Of a stretch of DNA of 64,000 bases, positions 51,733-64,000 are shown in pieces. This DNA comes from the human T2T-CHM13v2.0 reference genome, Homo sapiens. The DNA lies in NCBI RefSeq assembly GCF_009914755.1, contig NC_060938.1, one strand, 5' to 3'. Each line of letters opens with the position of its first letter. Position 1 is the stretch's first letter. A model generated the notes under the pieces. That model searched no databases. It was given only the letters and a program-made list of their open reading frames with translations, and was not told the DNA's origin. The position numbers and the translations under genes are program-made.

Positions 51733-52355
51733 GGATCTTTTCACTGCCCTTGAGGAAATATTCTGGAAAATAGTAAGATTAATAATTACCATGTAGTATG
51801 TCTTCGTAGAGACATTAGCAGGATGAAATGGGAACACAGTGGACAGGTACCCAAATCAACTGCATTCCAAATTTTCATGTTAATAATGGGTGAAAAAGGG
51901 CTCTGAGTCTGAAAAGGACACTTAACTCCAACCTTCCTTCTTTCTGTTTTGTGATGTTAAATCCAATTATAAGGGCTGACATTCCCCCAAAGGAAGATAC
52001 ACATTAGTGTTTTAATCAACAAAAGGAGGTGATAAAGTAATGGATGAAAGACAAAATTTGTGGATTTTAAATCTCTTTTCCCCATATGAGTCCCTCGCTG
52101 CTTCCTGCCTTGTGCTTTTTGAACAAGTAACTTCACATTCTGGGCTTCACATTCTCATCTATCAGGTGAGCATAATGTTGCCCTCCATGCTCAATGATAG
52201 GGTTGGAAAGAATGACTGATCAAAGTTGTTCCCATTCAACTCTACAACCTGTATATTTCCAGATCCAAATCTTTTCAAGGAAAAGGGATAGGGAGGGGTA
52301 GGACCTAGGGCTTAGGGAGCAAAGGACAGTGAAGGAGGCCGAAGCCCATTCTCAC

Positions 52356-52492
52356 CGAAAGGATCTTATCACCCTCCTGGAGCCGCCCATCCAGGGCCGC
52401 AGCCCCATTTTCTTTGATGCGGCTGACGTAGATGCCACTGTCGTTGGAGACATACTGCTGATCTGTCCCACCGACGATGTTGAAGCCCAGCC
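52356..52492 (-). CDS. SYNJ2BP: SYNJ2BP coding exon 2 ([46 protein letters not shown]), PDZ domain
   Basis: 137 nt, TTTCTCAG acceptor, GTGAGA donor, phase 1/0; GLGF loop and GAA..DGRL..GD.IL PDZ signature; exon 1 lies beyond the window. Confidence 0.97.
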
Positions 52493-53416
52493 CTGAGAAA
52501 ATCATGGAGGAGTAAAAAGATGGGGGTGAAGAAGAAAGAAAGAGATTAGAGAAGATGAAGAGAAAGGGAGGGAAAGCCTACTGGGGAGGAAAGGCTGATG
52601 GAGAGGAGATGCTGGCGAGTCAGCCTGTGATGGAGCTGGTGAATGGTCATGAACAAGGTCAGCCATATCAAGAGTATTGAGTTGCTCACTCAAATGAGGC
52701 ACGACTGAAAATATAAACACAGTGATCCACCTGTTTTGTTCAATATATAAAGAAAGATCTATATAGAACTTAAAGAATAATGGTGATTACTCTAAGTTCG
52801 TTCTTCTTTTTCTTTTTTTTTTTTTTTCAGAGTCTTGCTAGTGGGCATAGTGGTGGGCGCCTGTAATCCCAGCTACTCAGGAGTTCATAGCTCAGTTGCC
52901 CAGGCTGGTTATGAGCTCCTGGCCTCAAGCAATCACTATTGCCTTGGCCTCCCAAAGTTCTAGGATTACAGGTGTGAGCCACCATGCCCAGCCTAGATGT
53001 AAGTTCTTCTACTCACATTTAGTTTTGATCCTGTTGATGGTATTCAAAGGACCCAATTCCTGACATTCCTGATATTACTACAGCAGGGTTAGCTGTGTTC
53101 ATCAAAAGAAGCTATGCATTTTTACCAATTATCAAATGAACTGTTCCTAATTTAGTGTGAGAGATTTCTAACCATACCTTCCCTTCCACACTTTCCTTCT
53201 CCCAAGCTTCTGGAGAATTTATGTATGATAGTGCTTTAGAAAAATCTCTTGAGAGTTTCTTTTTTTTCTTTTTTTTTTTCCATTTTGGTGGTGGAGGCAG
53301 TGGTGTAGGTATTGGCAGAGAAACCTCAGAACCAGAAAGGTAACTGCTATTTCATGGTAGGACTAAATCACCAAATTTACTCTCCCTTCCTTCGCTACTT
53401 CAAGTACAACCATATA

Positions 53417-53651
53417 TAGGTTGAGTATCCCTTATCCAAAATGCTTAGGACCAAATGTGTTTTGAATTTTGAATTTGGGGGATTTTGGAATATTTGAATT
53501 AAACTTACCAGTTGAATATCCCTAATCCAAAAATCTGAAATCTGCAATGCTTCAATGAGCATTTCCTTTGAACGTCATGTTGGCCCTTAAAAAATTTTGG
53601 AGTTGGAAGCATTTCAAATTTCAGATTTTTGGATTTGGGCTACTCAATCTA
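53417..53651. mobile_element. Tigger4a/MER46-like MITE
   Basis: AGGTTGAGTATCCC...CTACTCAATCT TIRs, TA flanks, ~235 bp. Confidence 0.8.
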
Positions 53652-54274
53652 TACTTGGGCATAGTAATTGACAACTTTTATTCACTGTAGAAAAAACTGA
53701 CTACTCGTTGATTAGCAACTCCCCAGTTCCTCTTCCCTAAGTCCTTGGAAACCACCATTCTAATATTTGTTTTTATGAGTTTAACTATTTTAAATGCATA
53801 TAATTTTAGTTATGCAAGATGAATTAAGTTCTAGAGATCTGCTGTACAACATTGTGCCTACAGATAATACTATATCATACACTGAAAAATCTGTTCGGAG
53901 TAGATCTCACGTTAAGTGTTCCTACCACAGTAAAACAAAATATTAAAAGAAAGAAAAAAGAGAAGGAAAGAAAACTGAGTACCAAAGTGCTATTTCTATG
54001 GACCAATGACTAAGTGCTGGAAAGGATTTTACTGTACAGAAACCGTTGTTAGGAAAGGATTTTACCTATGCATAAAAAAAATAAAAAGGAAAAAGGAACT
54101 TCTCTAGGGCTTTCTTAATGTCAGCTACTGGTAGAATTCAGGGGCACAGTGTAAGACAAAGGAGATAGTTTGGAAACAAACCAAAAATCTAGTGGTGCAA
54201 TTGGAAGGAATAACCATAATCACCAGCCTACACTGTTCTCAATAGAAAAGATACTTAAAGAGACATATGCGGGG

Positions 54275-55035
<761 letters not shown>

Positions 55036-55960
55036 AAAGCATACCTTGTGCATAAAATCTCTGCAGCTAGATAATAGAAAGAATTTATTCTCTAAAATAA
55101 TATACATAATAGAAAGTGCTACTTCTGGAGTTTGTGACCTGGCTGGGCAACATAGCAAGACCCTATTCTCTAAAAAAATAAATAAGAAGGTGCTACTTCT
55201 GGAAGATGCTATTTTAACTTCCTTGAAGGGCTGGGTATTAAAAATAGTAGCTTAACTTACTAAATGATTTTCTTAGAGCACCCTCAATTTGTATCATAGA
55301 AGGTAGGAAGTATTGGAGAAGGTACAGAAATGTAAGATAAGGTGGAAAAGCAGATGGAACAAGATTATCGAAGGTTTTGAAATGACTTCAAAACTGTGAC
55401 AGCTTTGAACAAGGGGGCCAAGGCCAACCCACCTCTCCCAAGCTGGAACAAACTATGTAGAAAAATCTTTTGATGAAATCCAACACCCTCATCAAATGCT
55501 ACAGTTGCCTCTGGTGATCTTGGGAACAGGAAGCAAATGTTAAGCAGCTGAATGCAATGTAGTAGTTAGCAACAGAAAGGACTTTGCTACTGGTTATTCA
55601 AAGCTAACTGTAGAAAAAAAAGGAAGAGTAGAAGAAATTTTACCGAGATTTACCATAAACAAAAAAGAGCCGTCTACTACACACCCCATCGAAGTCATAT
55701 TATATAGGTACATTTATAACCCGTTGCTACTTCTGTTGTAAATGAACCAAACTATTTAACATGAGAACTCCTGGACTGACCTGAAGCCCTTTGTTCAGCC
55801 AGAATATTTACAGAACTGGGTGTATCTATAAGCCAAAGCATTGCTGCAATAAAAGAGTCACCACAGCATTAAGTAGTGGCATGACCAACTGAACCTGGGC
55901 TGTACGGATACCTACATAATCCCCAGTTCACTTGCTCAGTAAAAATTACTGATTGAATCT

Positions 55961-56219
55961 TATGTGTAAGATGTTGTGTTATCATCTGAGGAAGACATAA
56001 AGTTAAACTGCACACTCCCTGCTTTGATCACAAACTGGAGTTTTTCCTTTTTCCTGTCCCTTTAAGATATTGCAGAAGCAAATCAACATTTACTATGTGT
56101 TAGGCATTACGTTATGCTCTGAGGAAGATATAAAGCTAACCTGGACAGTTCCTATTTTAACCACAAACCCAAATTTATCCTTTTCCCTGTCCCTTTTAGA
56201 TATTGTAGAAGCAAATCAA
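55961..56219. repeat. Diverged tandem duplication, ~132-bp period, 2 copies
   Basis: TCTGAGGAAGAYATAAAG and CCTGTCCCTTT..GATATTGYAGAAGCAAATCAA each occur twice. Confidence 0.85.
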
Positions 56220-56814
56220 AGTCAGAAGACTTGGTTCTAAGTTTATAACTTACCAGATATGTGGACTGAAGCAAGTCAGTTTACCTCTGATCCTCAGCTT
56301 CCTTTTCTACAAAAATAAGAATTATAAATTCTGCCCTGTCTACATCAATGGGTAAGTGTTAGGGGCCAATAACATAAAATACGAAAAAAAATCTTCATAA
56401 ACTACATAGTAGTTGCTCTATTGGGATAAGGCGCTAGGAGTAGTTGTCAATAAACTAATGGCTGCTAAAGCTCCAAACTAGATAGTTTGACAGAGAAAGA
56501 ATGAATAAATATACAGTAGAAATGCAAAATCTCCTAAAAAATGGGAAGACAGATTTTAAAATTCCACCCATCTATAAACAGGAACTCAAACTTATTAAGT
56601 ATGTCTATGGCATGTGACCTAGAAATCCCCCTTAAGAGTAGTTTCTAGCAAGTGTGATATCTAAACTCTGCGGCAATCATCCAGCATATGGACCAACCAA
56701 TTGAAACAGATGTCAGTTGGAAACCACCAGAAAGGGAAAGGCTATTCAATACGTATCTTGCTAATCATTGGCTATGGCCCAGAAAAATCTTGCATAAGTA
56801 GGGTGACCACATAT

Positions 56815-57869
56815 CCCAAAAGCAATTGCCACAAAAGCCAAAATTGACAAATGGGATCAATTAAAGAGCTTTTGCTCAGCAAAAGAAACTATCATCAGAG
56901 TGGACAGGTAACCTACAAAATGGGAGAAAATTTTTGCAATCTATCCATCTGACAAAGGGCTAATATCCAGAATCTACAAGGAACTTAAACAAATTTACAA
57001 GGAAAAAACAAACAACCCCATCAAAAAGTGGGCAAAGGATATGAACAGACACTTCTCAAAAGAAGACATTTATACGGCCAACAACATATAAAGAAAAGCT
57101 CATCATCACTGCTCATTAGAGAAATGCAAATCAAAAGAGATGCCATCTCATGCCAATTGGAATGGCGATCATTAAAAAGTCTGGAAACAACAGATGCTGG
57201 CGAGGATGTGGAGAAATGGGGATGCTTTTACACTGTTGGTGGGAGTGTAAATTAGTTCAACCATTATGGAAGACAGTGTGGAGATTCCTCAAGGATCTAG
57301 AAGCAGAAATACCATTTGACCCAGCAATCCCATTACTGGGTATATACCCAAAGGATTATAAATCATTCTACTATAAACACACAGGCACACATATGTTTAC
57401 TGCAGCACTGTTTACAATAGCAAAGACTTGGAACCAACCCAAATGCCCATCAACAATAGACTGGATAAAGAAAATTGGCACATATATATCATGGAATACT
57501 ATGCAGCCATAAAAAAGAATGAGTTCATGTCCTTTGCAGGGATATGGATGAAGCTGGAAACCATCATCCTCAGCAAACTAACACAGAAACAGAAAACCAA
57601 ACACTGCATGTTCTCACTCACATAAGTGGGAGCCGAACAATGAGAACACATGGACACAGGGAGGGGAACATCATACACCAGGGCCTGTCAGGGGGTGGGG
57701 GGTAAGGGGAGGGAGAGCATTAGGACAAATACCTAATGCATGCGGAGCTTAAAACCTAGATAACGGGTTGATAGTGCAGGAAACCACCATGGCACATGTA
57801 TACCTATGTAACAAACCTGCACGTTCAGCACATGTATCTCAGAACTTAAAATTAAAAAAAAAAAAAAAA
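56815..57869 (+). mobile_element. 5'-truncated L1PA (ORF2 C-terminus, 3'UTR, poly-A)
   Basis: ORF 57150-57512 gives [44 protein letters not shown]; G-rich 3'UTR and A tail. Confidence 0.96.
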
Positions 57870-59262
57870 GATTTGAAACCAAAGGAAAAAAAAAAGATCC
57901 TTAATAATATATTCTTAGTTTTTCATTAACTCACAGGAAAAGTCTGACCACCCATGAGACAGAAACCTATTACAGCTATTTACAAGGTAACCAGGCTTGT
58001 AAAAATATAAAAATGTAAAAAAAAAGAAACATGGAGTTTTAAAATGTAATGTTCATATTCATAACACAACACCTCCCTATAAATAAAAACATACACACAA
58101 ATATTAACTATTTACAAAAATGCATGCATATTTAAAGAAATATAAAGACACATTAGAGTGGGTACTTATGGGGAGAAAGATACAGGATAGAGTTTAGGTA
58201 TGAAGGGTGAAAAAAGAACCTGAGAGGAACATACTGATGATAACAGTGTACTTTGGAGCTAAAGGGTATAATTAATTCAGCTCTTAGCATTTAAGGTCCA
58301 AAAGGAGTTGAGGGGAGAGGCAGGAAGAAAAAAGACTGGGATTCAACTTTTTTTTTTTTTTTTTTAGTGAATGAATGAAGAGCTTAGTGAGCTCTGGTTA
58401 TAATGTGCCAACAAATTTTAAAATATGGCAAGATTAAAATGGGTTGCTGGGTGTCTATTTTGCAGTCTAAATGCAAAATAGTAAAGGTAGCATAAGAATG
58501 ACACCACTATAGGATTAAGAGAGAAAGAAAGTGTGCCTAATAGAAGAACCTTGGAAAGTTAAACAAGAAATCCCTTCTTTTGAACTCCTGACTATAGGTC
58601 TGGACCCTAAGCCTGTTTAAAAGAGCAATGGCAGAAGCAACAGCTAATGTTTACCAAGACCTTATTATGTACCAAATAATATGCTATGTACTTTATATAT
58701 ATTATCTCATTTAATCTTCTTGACAAACACAAGTACTCATTTTTCAAAGAGTTTAAAAGGTGAGGCATGGACAGGTTAAGCAACTTTACAAAAATGTCAC
58801 ACAGCTCTTTGCAAAGCCAAGACTTAAGTCAGGCTGTGTGATTCCAAAGCATGAATTTTTAACCATTTTGCTACAATACATCTTTGCAGAAAATATAAAC
58901 TGCTTTAAGAAAAAAAGTCTTCTAAGCATTGCTGGCTATCTTAGGAGCTAACTGGTCTCCAGGCTGGCTCTGAACAAGCAATGCTGGGATAATGGTTGTA
59001 GAACAATCTCCAAGGGTAATATATTCTAGAGGAAGAATTCACCACTATAGAGTTTTGTAACTGTTGTCAAGGTTCCTATTATTTACCTTCAGACCAGAAA
59101 AGGAAAAGCCCTTCATTTCATTCAGATTCTTATCTACAAAATCTAAAAGTTATAAAGTAAATGACCAGTGTTAACCTGTTATTCTAGAAATAACAATTCT
59201 GGACATAATTAAAATGAAACAAAATAGTTCATTAACACCAAGGATTATAGCCACTTGTTGAG

Positions 59263-59503
59263 TTATGAAGACTAGAGTAACAAACACCCTATTTTCCCTT
59301 TTCTTTCCCAAGATCAATCCGACTAATTTTCTCCCAGACATCAATCAAACTCCATTGGATACACAACCCCCCTGTCTGTCTTTTATGAAGACTAGAGTAA
59401 CAAACACCCTATTTTCCCTTTTCTTTCCCAAGATCAATCCGACTAATTTTCTCCCAGACATCAATCAAACTCCATTGGATACACAACCCCCCTGTCTGTC
59501 TTT
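59263..59503. repeat. Perfect tandem duplication, 120-bp period, 2 copies
   Basis: 59263-59382 identical to 59383-59502. Confidence 0.97.
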
Positions 59504-59509
59504 ATCTAT

Positions 59510-61360
59510 ATCATGGTAAAATAAACTTAACATAAAATTTAACATTTTACCCATTTTTAAACGTATAATTCAGTGGCATTAAGTACCTTCACAATGTCGT
59601 ATAATCATCACCACCACCTATATCTGGAACTTTTTATTCAAATAAAAACTCTATACCCACTAAAAAATAGCTCCTTATTCTCCCCTCCCCCAAACTCTGA
59701 CACCATCTATTATACTTTCTGTCTATATTAATTTGTGTATTCTAGGTACCCCATATAAGTAGAATCACACAATATTTGTTATTCTGTGTCTTGTTTATAT
59801 TGCTTAGCATAATGTCTTCAAGGTTCATTCACATTGCAGCACATTTCAGAATTTCATTCTTTTTTTTAAGGCTGAATTATAATCTTTTGTATGTACATAC
59901 CACATTTTATTTACCTATTCATCTGGCAGAGGATATCTGTGTTGTTTCCACATTTGGCGGCTGTGAACACTGGTGTACAAATATCTGTTTTGAGTTCCTT
60001 CCTGCAATTCTTTTTTTTATTTTTTGAGATGGAGTCTTGCTCTGTCGCCCAGGCTGACCTGCAGTGGCGCGATCTCCGCTCACTGAAAGCTCCGCCTCCC
60101 AGGTTCACTCATTCTCCTGCCTCAGCCTCCTGAGTAACTGGGATTACAAGCGCCTGCCACCACGCCTGGCTAATTTTTGGTATTTTTAGTAGAGACAGGG
60201 TTTCACCATGTTAGCCAGGATGGTCTCCATCTCCTGACCTCATGATCTGCCCGCCTCAGCCTCCCAAAGTGCTGGGATTACAGGCATGATCCACCGCGCC
60301 CGGTCCCTTCTTGCAATTCTTTTGGGTATATACCTAGGAGTGGAATTGCAGAATCACATGGTAATTATATATTTAATAATTTGAGGAGGTGATAAACTTT
60401 TCCACAGTGGCTGCACCATTTTACATCCTCACAAACAATGCACAGCTACCCCAATGATATGTGTGTATGTATGTATGTATGTGTATGTATGTGTGTATAT
60501 GTATGTATATATATGTATATTTATATATATATGTATGTGTATATATATATGTATGTATGTAAAATAGTCATCCTAATGGGTGTGAAGTGGTAACAAATTG
60601 TGGTTTTGATTTGCATTTCCCTAACAGCTAGTGATGTTAAATATTTTTTTCATGTGCTTATTGGCCATTGGCCATTTGTATTACCTTCTTTGGAGAAATG
60701 TCTACTCAGGTCCTTTGCTCATTTTTGAATTGGGTTGTTTTCTGTCACTAAGCTGTAAAAGTTCTTTATATATGCTGGATATTAACTTCTTAGCAAATAA
60801 ATAATTGGCAAATACTATCTCCCATTCTGTGGGCTATCTTTAACTCTCCTCATAGTGTCCTTTGAAACACAAAATTTTTTACTTTTAATGAAGCCCGGTT
60901 TATCTTTTGTTTTGTTGCCTGTGCTTTTGGTATCACATCCAAGAAATCATAGCCAAATCGAAGGTATTGAAGCTTTTTCCATTCTTCTAAGAGTTTTATG
61001 GTTTTAGCTCTTACATTTAGGTATTTAATAAATTTCTAGTTAATTTTTGTACATAATGTTAAGGCAAAAATCCAACTTTCACATACTTCTGCATGTGAAT
61101 ATACAGTTTTCCAAACACCGTATGTTAAAAATGTGTACTCTGCTGTTATTTGATGATGTGTTCTATATATATATATACGCCTGTTAGGTCTAATTTGTTT
61201 ATAGTGTTGTTCAAATCCTCTCTTTCCTTATTGATTTTCTGTTGGTTGTCCTATCCATTACTGAAAATGAGGATACTGAGGTCTAACTATTATTATAAAA
61301 TGGTCTACTTCTCCAGATCAATTTTTCAACATTTGCTTGATACATTTTGGCACTCTGTTG
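59510..61360 (-). mobile_element. L1MB-like 3' fragment interrupted by an Alu (60008-60306, -) and a (TATG)n/(TA)n repeat (60458-60560)
   Basis: AATTCAGTGGCATTAAGTACCTTCACAATG...TGTGGTTTTGATTTGCATTTCCCT...TTGGAGAAATGTCTA; Alu TSD CCTTCYTGCAATTCTTTT. Confidence 0.88.
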
Positions 61361-61363
61361 TTT

Positions 61364-63618
61364 TGTTATGGGAACTTTGGGGTGTCACTTTTCTGGCAGG
61401 AGACCTCTGTGTGGCTGCTGCAGCAGGGTGGGCAGCTCCAGGTGCCGGCTCTCTGCAAGGCTACAGCTGGACCAGGCGTAGCGCGAGCAGCTTCTACAGC
61501 TGGCACTGGGGAACACGATGGCATCTGGAAGCTTGGAGATGCCAGGAACCGTAGGGTCCCAAGGAGAAAGTCACAGCCCTGGCTCAGGGAGCTCCCAGGT
61601 CTCAGATACATGAAGGGTTGCAGCTCTTCTCTCTTTCTCTTCACCCACAATGTGGCAAGCAAGGGGCATGTCTCAGCCCTGACTGTGTTACAGCTCTCTT
61701 AGCCTCACCATTCGATGGATCCTGAGTTCTTGTCCAGCAACCAGGAAGAATGAGATACACAGACAAGTGGAGTGTCAGCAAGTCAAAGAGGAGCTTTACT
61801 GAGTGACAGAACAGCTCAGAGGGGACCTGCAGGGGGCAGCTCCTTTCAGCATCCAGGGTGTGCTGATGAGTGTTCGGCTCCTAGCAGAGACAGTAGCTCT
61901 TCTCTGCTAGGGAGGTCATCCCAATGAGTGTTCGGCTCCTAGCAGAGACAGTAGCTCTTCTCTGCTAGGGAGGTCATCCCAATGAGTGTTCAACTCTCAG
62001 CAGAGAGGGTAGCTCCTCTCTGTAGGCAGGTCATCTCAACAAGTACTCAGTTCTCAGCAGAGAGGGTAGCTCCTCTCTGGAGCTGGTCATCCCATCTTCT
62101 CTGCTGTGGCTGAACCTGGGGCATTTATGGGCCTCAGAGCAGAAGTGTATGCCGACTGGTCCATGGGCAGCCACAGACAGCCCAGAAAAGGCACCACAAG
62201 TACCCATTCCAGTCTGTGGGACTAGCAGCCCAGCCCTCAGCCTTCAGGCCCACCTTGGCCTGAAGGTGGGGCCTCACCAGGGACCAACCCCCTTCCACCC
62301 AGGAGACTGTCTGCCTCCTGCCACCATCCATGGCGACCAGGCTGTTTGTGCCAAGGGGCACCTGCAGGCCAGTGCTGAGCTGCCCTCAGCACCCCCAGGA
62401 TTCCCCTCATGCTTGTTGGTGCCCAAAGTCCAGAGAGGGCCGAGGCAGCAAGGGGCTGGTGTGTCAGCACTGCCCTAAGTGTGTACACACTGGGCCGGGC
62501 TTTGACAGCACTCAGATTGGCCCAAACCCTGCACTGAGATCAGAGCAGGCACTGGGAGCAGGGAGAGGCCAGGCAGCAGGAAAAGACACCCCTGAGCCTG
62601 TGGGTGCAGGGGGAACCTTCCTGGGCCCCTGAGGGTGAAGAGTGCAGAAATGCCTAGGTCTTTGCACCTGGGAGGGCAGAGCTCTCATCTGCTCCATGAA
62701 GTGTGCAGCCAGCACTAGCTGTGCCTCCTCACAGCCTGGGGTGGGGGCTCCAGGTCCTCATTGGGCCGGGGCAAATATTCAGAGCAGGAGTGACATCACC
62801 ACAAGCTCCCTGCTGTCGCCCTGGCGCTGAGGGGTGGCCTGGGACTCACTGTCGCTTGGCTCACAGCCCTGCCTATAGGGGGCCTCTAGGAGCAGATAGG
62901 GGGCCTCCAGGAGCAGATAGTGGGCCCCAGTCCTGGCCATCACAAGTGTCAGGCTCGGAAGTCACCCAGATGCAGGGTGGACCCCGGGGATGCGGCCCCG
63001 CGGAGGCTGCTCCCAAGGTGCAAGAACCCACTGCAGTGCCCGTGGTGGGTGGGTGTGGTGGGTGCTCCGCTGGCCAGGTCCCCAAAGCAGGCGCCGCTCC
63101 CACTTCCCACCCTGGGGCCCCAACGTGCGGCCCCAGCTCTGCACCCCTGGCCCAGCCCCCATGCTCTGTGTAGAAGCGTGGCACTGCCCCAGGCCCACCC
63201 TGGCCTCACGGCCCCTCTCTGCTCGACCACACTGCTCACCTGCTGGCGCCCATCTCGGCCTCGCCCCATAGCGCAGCCCCCAGGGCAGCAGGCTCCAGTG
63301 GGGTTCCTGCTTGTCCCTGGCTCCCACTGGCTCCATGGAGCAAGGCACTGCCCGGGGCCCAGCCCTGCCTCCTCCCCACACTCTCCCTGCAGTGGCAGCA
63401 GGCAAGAGAGGCAATGCAGGGCCAGGGTCTGGAGCAACAGAGGCTCCGGACCTGGGGATGGGTCCTGCCTGGCCATGTGAGGGTGGGGGACACACAGTTG
63501 GCTGCCTCAGGGACGCAAGGCATAGGGGACCCACCACTGCCATTGCTGCTCCCGCAGCCGCTCCTGCTGTCACTGCCCACGCCTCCCCGCTGCAGCCAGT
63601 GTGATGGCACTGCCATCA
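61364..63618 (-). mobile_element. Long GC-rich ERV1 LTR (MER52-like), 3' LTR of a minus-strand provirus
   Basis: Minus strand begins TGATGGCAG and ends AAAGTGACACCCCAAAGTTCCCATAACA; directly preceded by a purine tract. Confidence 0.8.
61866..62093. repeat. 58-bp tandem repeat inside the LTR (about 4 units, first two identical)
   Basis: ATGAGTGTT at 61866, 61924, 61982. Confidence 0.92.
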
Positions 63619-64000
63619 ATTCCCCCTCTGAAGAGGAACATCTAACTGCTGTTAAGATAGGGACGATGACTGCTCTTAACTGCTTCATGCTGACAGAGGG
63701 TGTTAATTTGTGGAAAACAGGAGATTTTCTCTCAGGATCCTATCTAAGGGTCAGCTTCATGCTGATTGGTGTTGTTTTGGGGAAAACAGCAGATTTCCTC
63801 TCAGGGTCCTACCTAAGGGTCCCCAGTAAAAGGGAGCCATCATCCGAGGCTCCATTTCCATGACCATTTGGAGTTTGACAGCCCACCCCTTTTATTTCTT
63901 TTGAGCTGCAGTCAGAGATCACTGGTTGGTTCACCCCTACAATTGTCAAAAGCTGCAAAAAAGAGAAAAGTTTCCTTGACTCTGAAATACAAAACAAATG
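63619..64000 (-). mobile_element. ERV internal 3' region with polypurine tract, running off the window
   Basis: Minus strand AGAGGGGGAAT immediately before the LTR TG. Confidence 0.75.

Noticed and set aside
52305-52505. 66-aa ORF as a standalone PDZ microprotein
   Set aside because: It is SYNJ2BP exon 2 plus intronic flanks; canonical splice sites explain it.
57150-57625. Cys/Trp-rich ORFs
   Set aside because: L1 ORF2 C-terminal fragments of a 5'-truncated, inactive L1PA.
59265-59519. 84-aa ORF with a 40-aa repeat
   Set aside because: By-product of the 120-bp duplication being a multiple of three; no coding evidence.
61866-62093. CRISPR-like repeat array
   Set aside because: Head-to-tail units with no unique spacers, inside an LTR in human DNA.
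62134-63863. Many overlapping 100-200 aa ORFs on both strands
   Set aside because: Expected from a GC-rich, stop-poor LTR; no recognisable domain.

Overview
Human (primate) genomic DNA, recognisable as the SYNJ2BP/COX16 locus (14q24.2 from recall). Both genes are on the minus strand. The window holds SYNJ2BP coding exons 2-4 and its ~6.5 kb 3'UTR, the intergenic gap with a U2 snRNA pseudogene, the COX16 CpG promoter, and COX16 exons 1-2. SYNJ2BP exon 3 and COX16 exon 2 are both phase 0, which explains the known SYNJ2BP-COX16 read-through fusion. The rest is mostly transposon fossil: ~30 Alus, L1/L2/MIR pieces, solo LTRs, a 5.8 kb env-less tRNA-Phe-primed HERV-F/H provirus (probably HERVH48/MER48) antisense in COX16 intron 1, and a MER52-type 3' LTR at the right edge. 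I cannot support a wholly new biological system. The best leads are: (1) complementary decay of the provirus LTRs that preserves a promoter-splice-polyA unit, (2) an open 19-codon intron-3 tail that would give an unanchored PDZ isoform, (3) poly(A) choice gating inverted Alus in the SYNJ2BP 3'UTR, (4) a 99-bp-arm non-Alu inverted repeat, and (5) a perfect 120-bp tandem duplication. Repeat family names come from recalled consensus sequences; repeat boundaries without a TSD are approximate.
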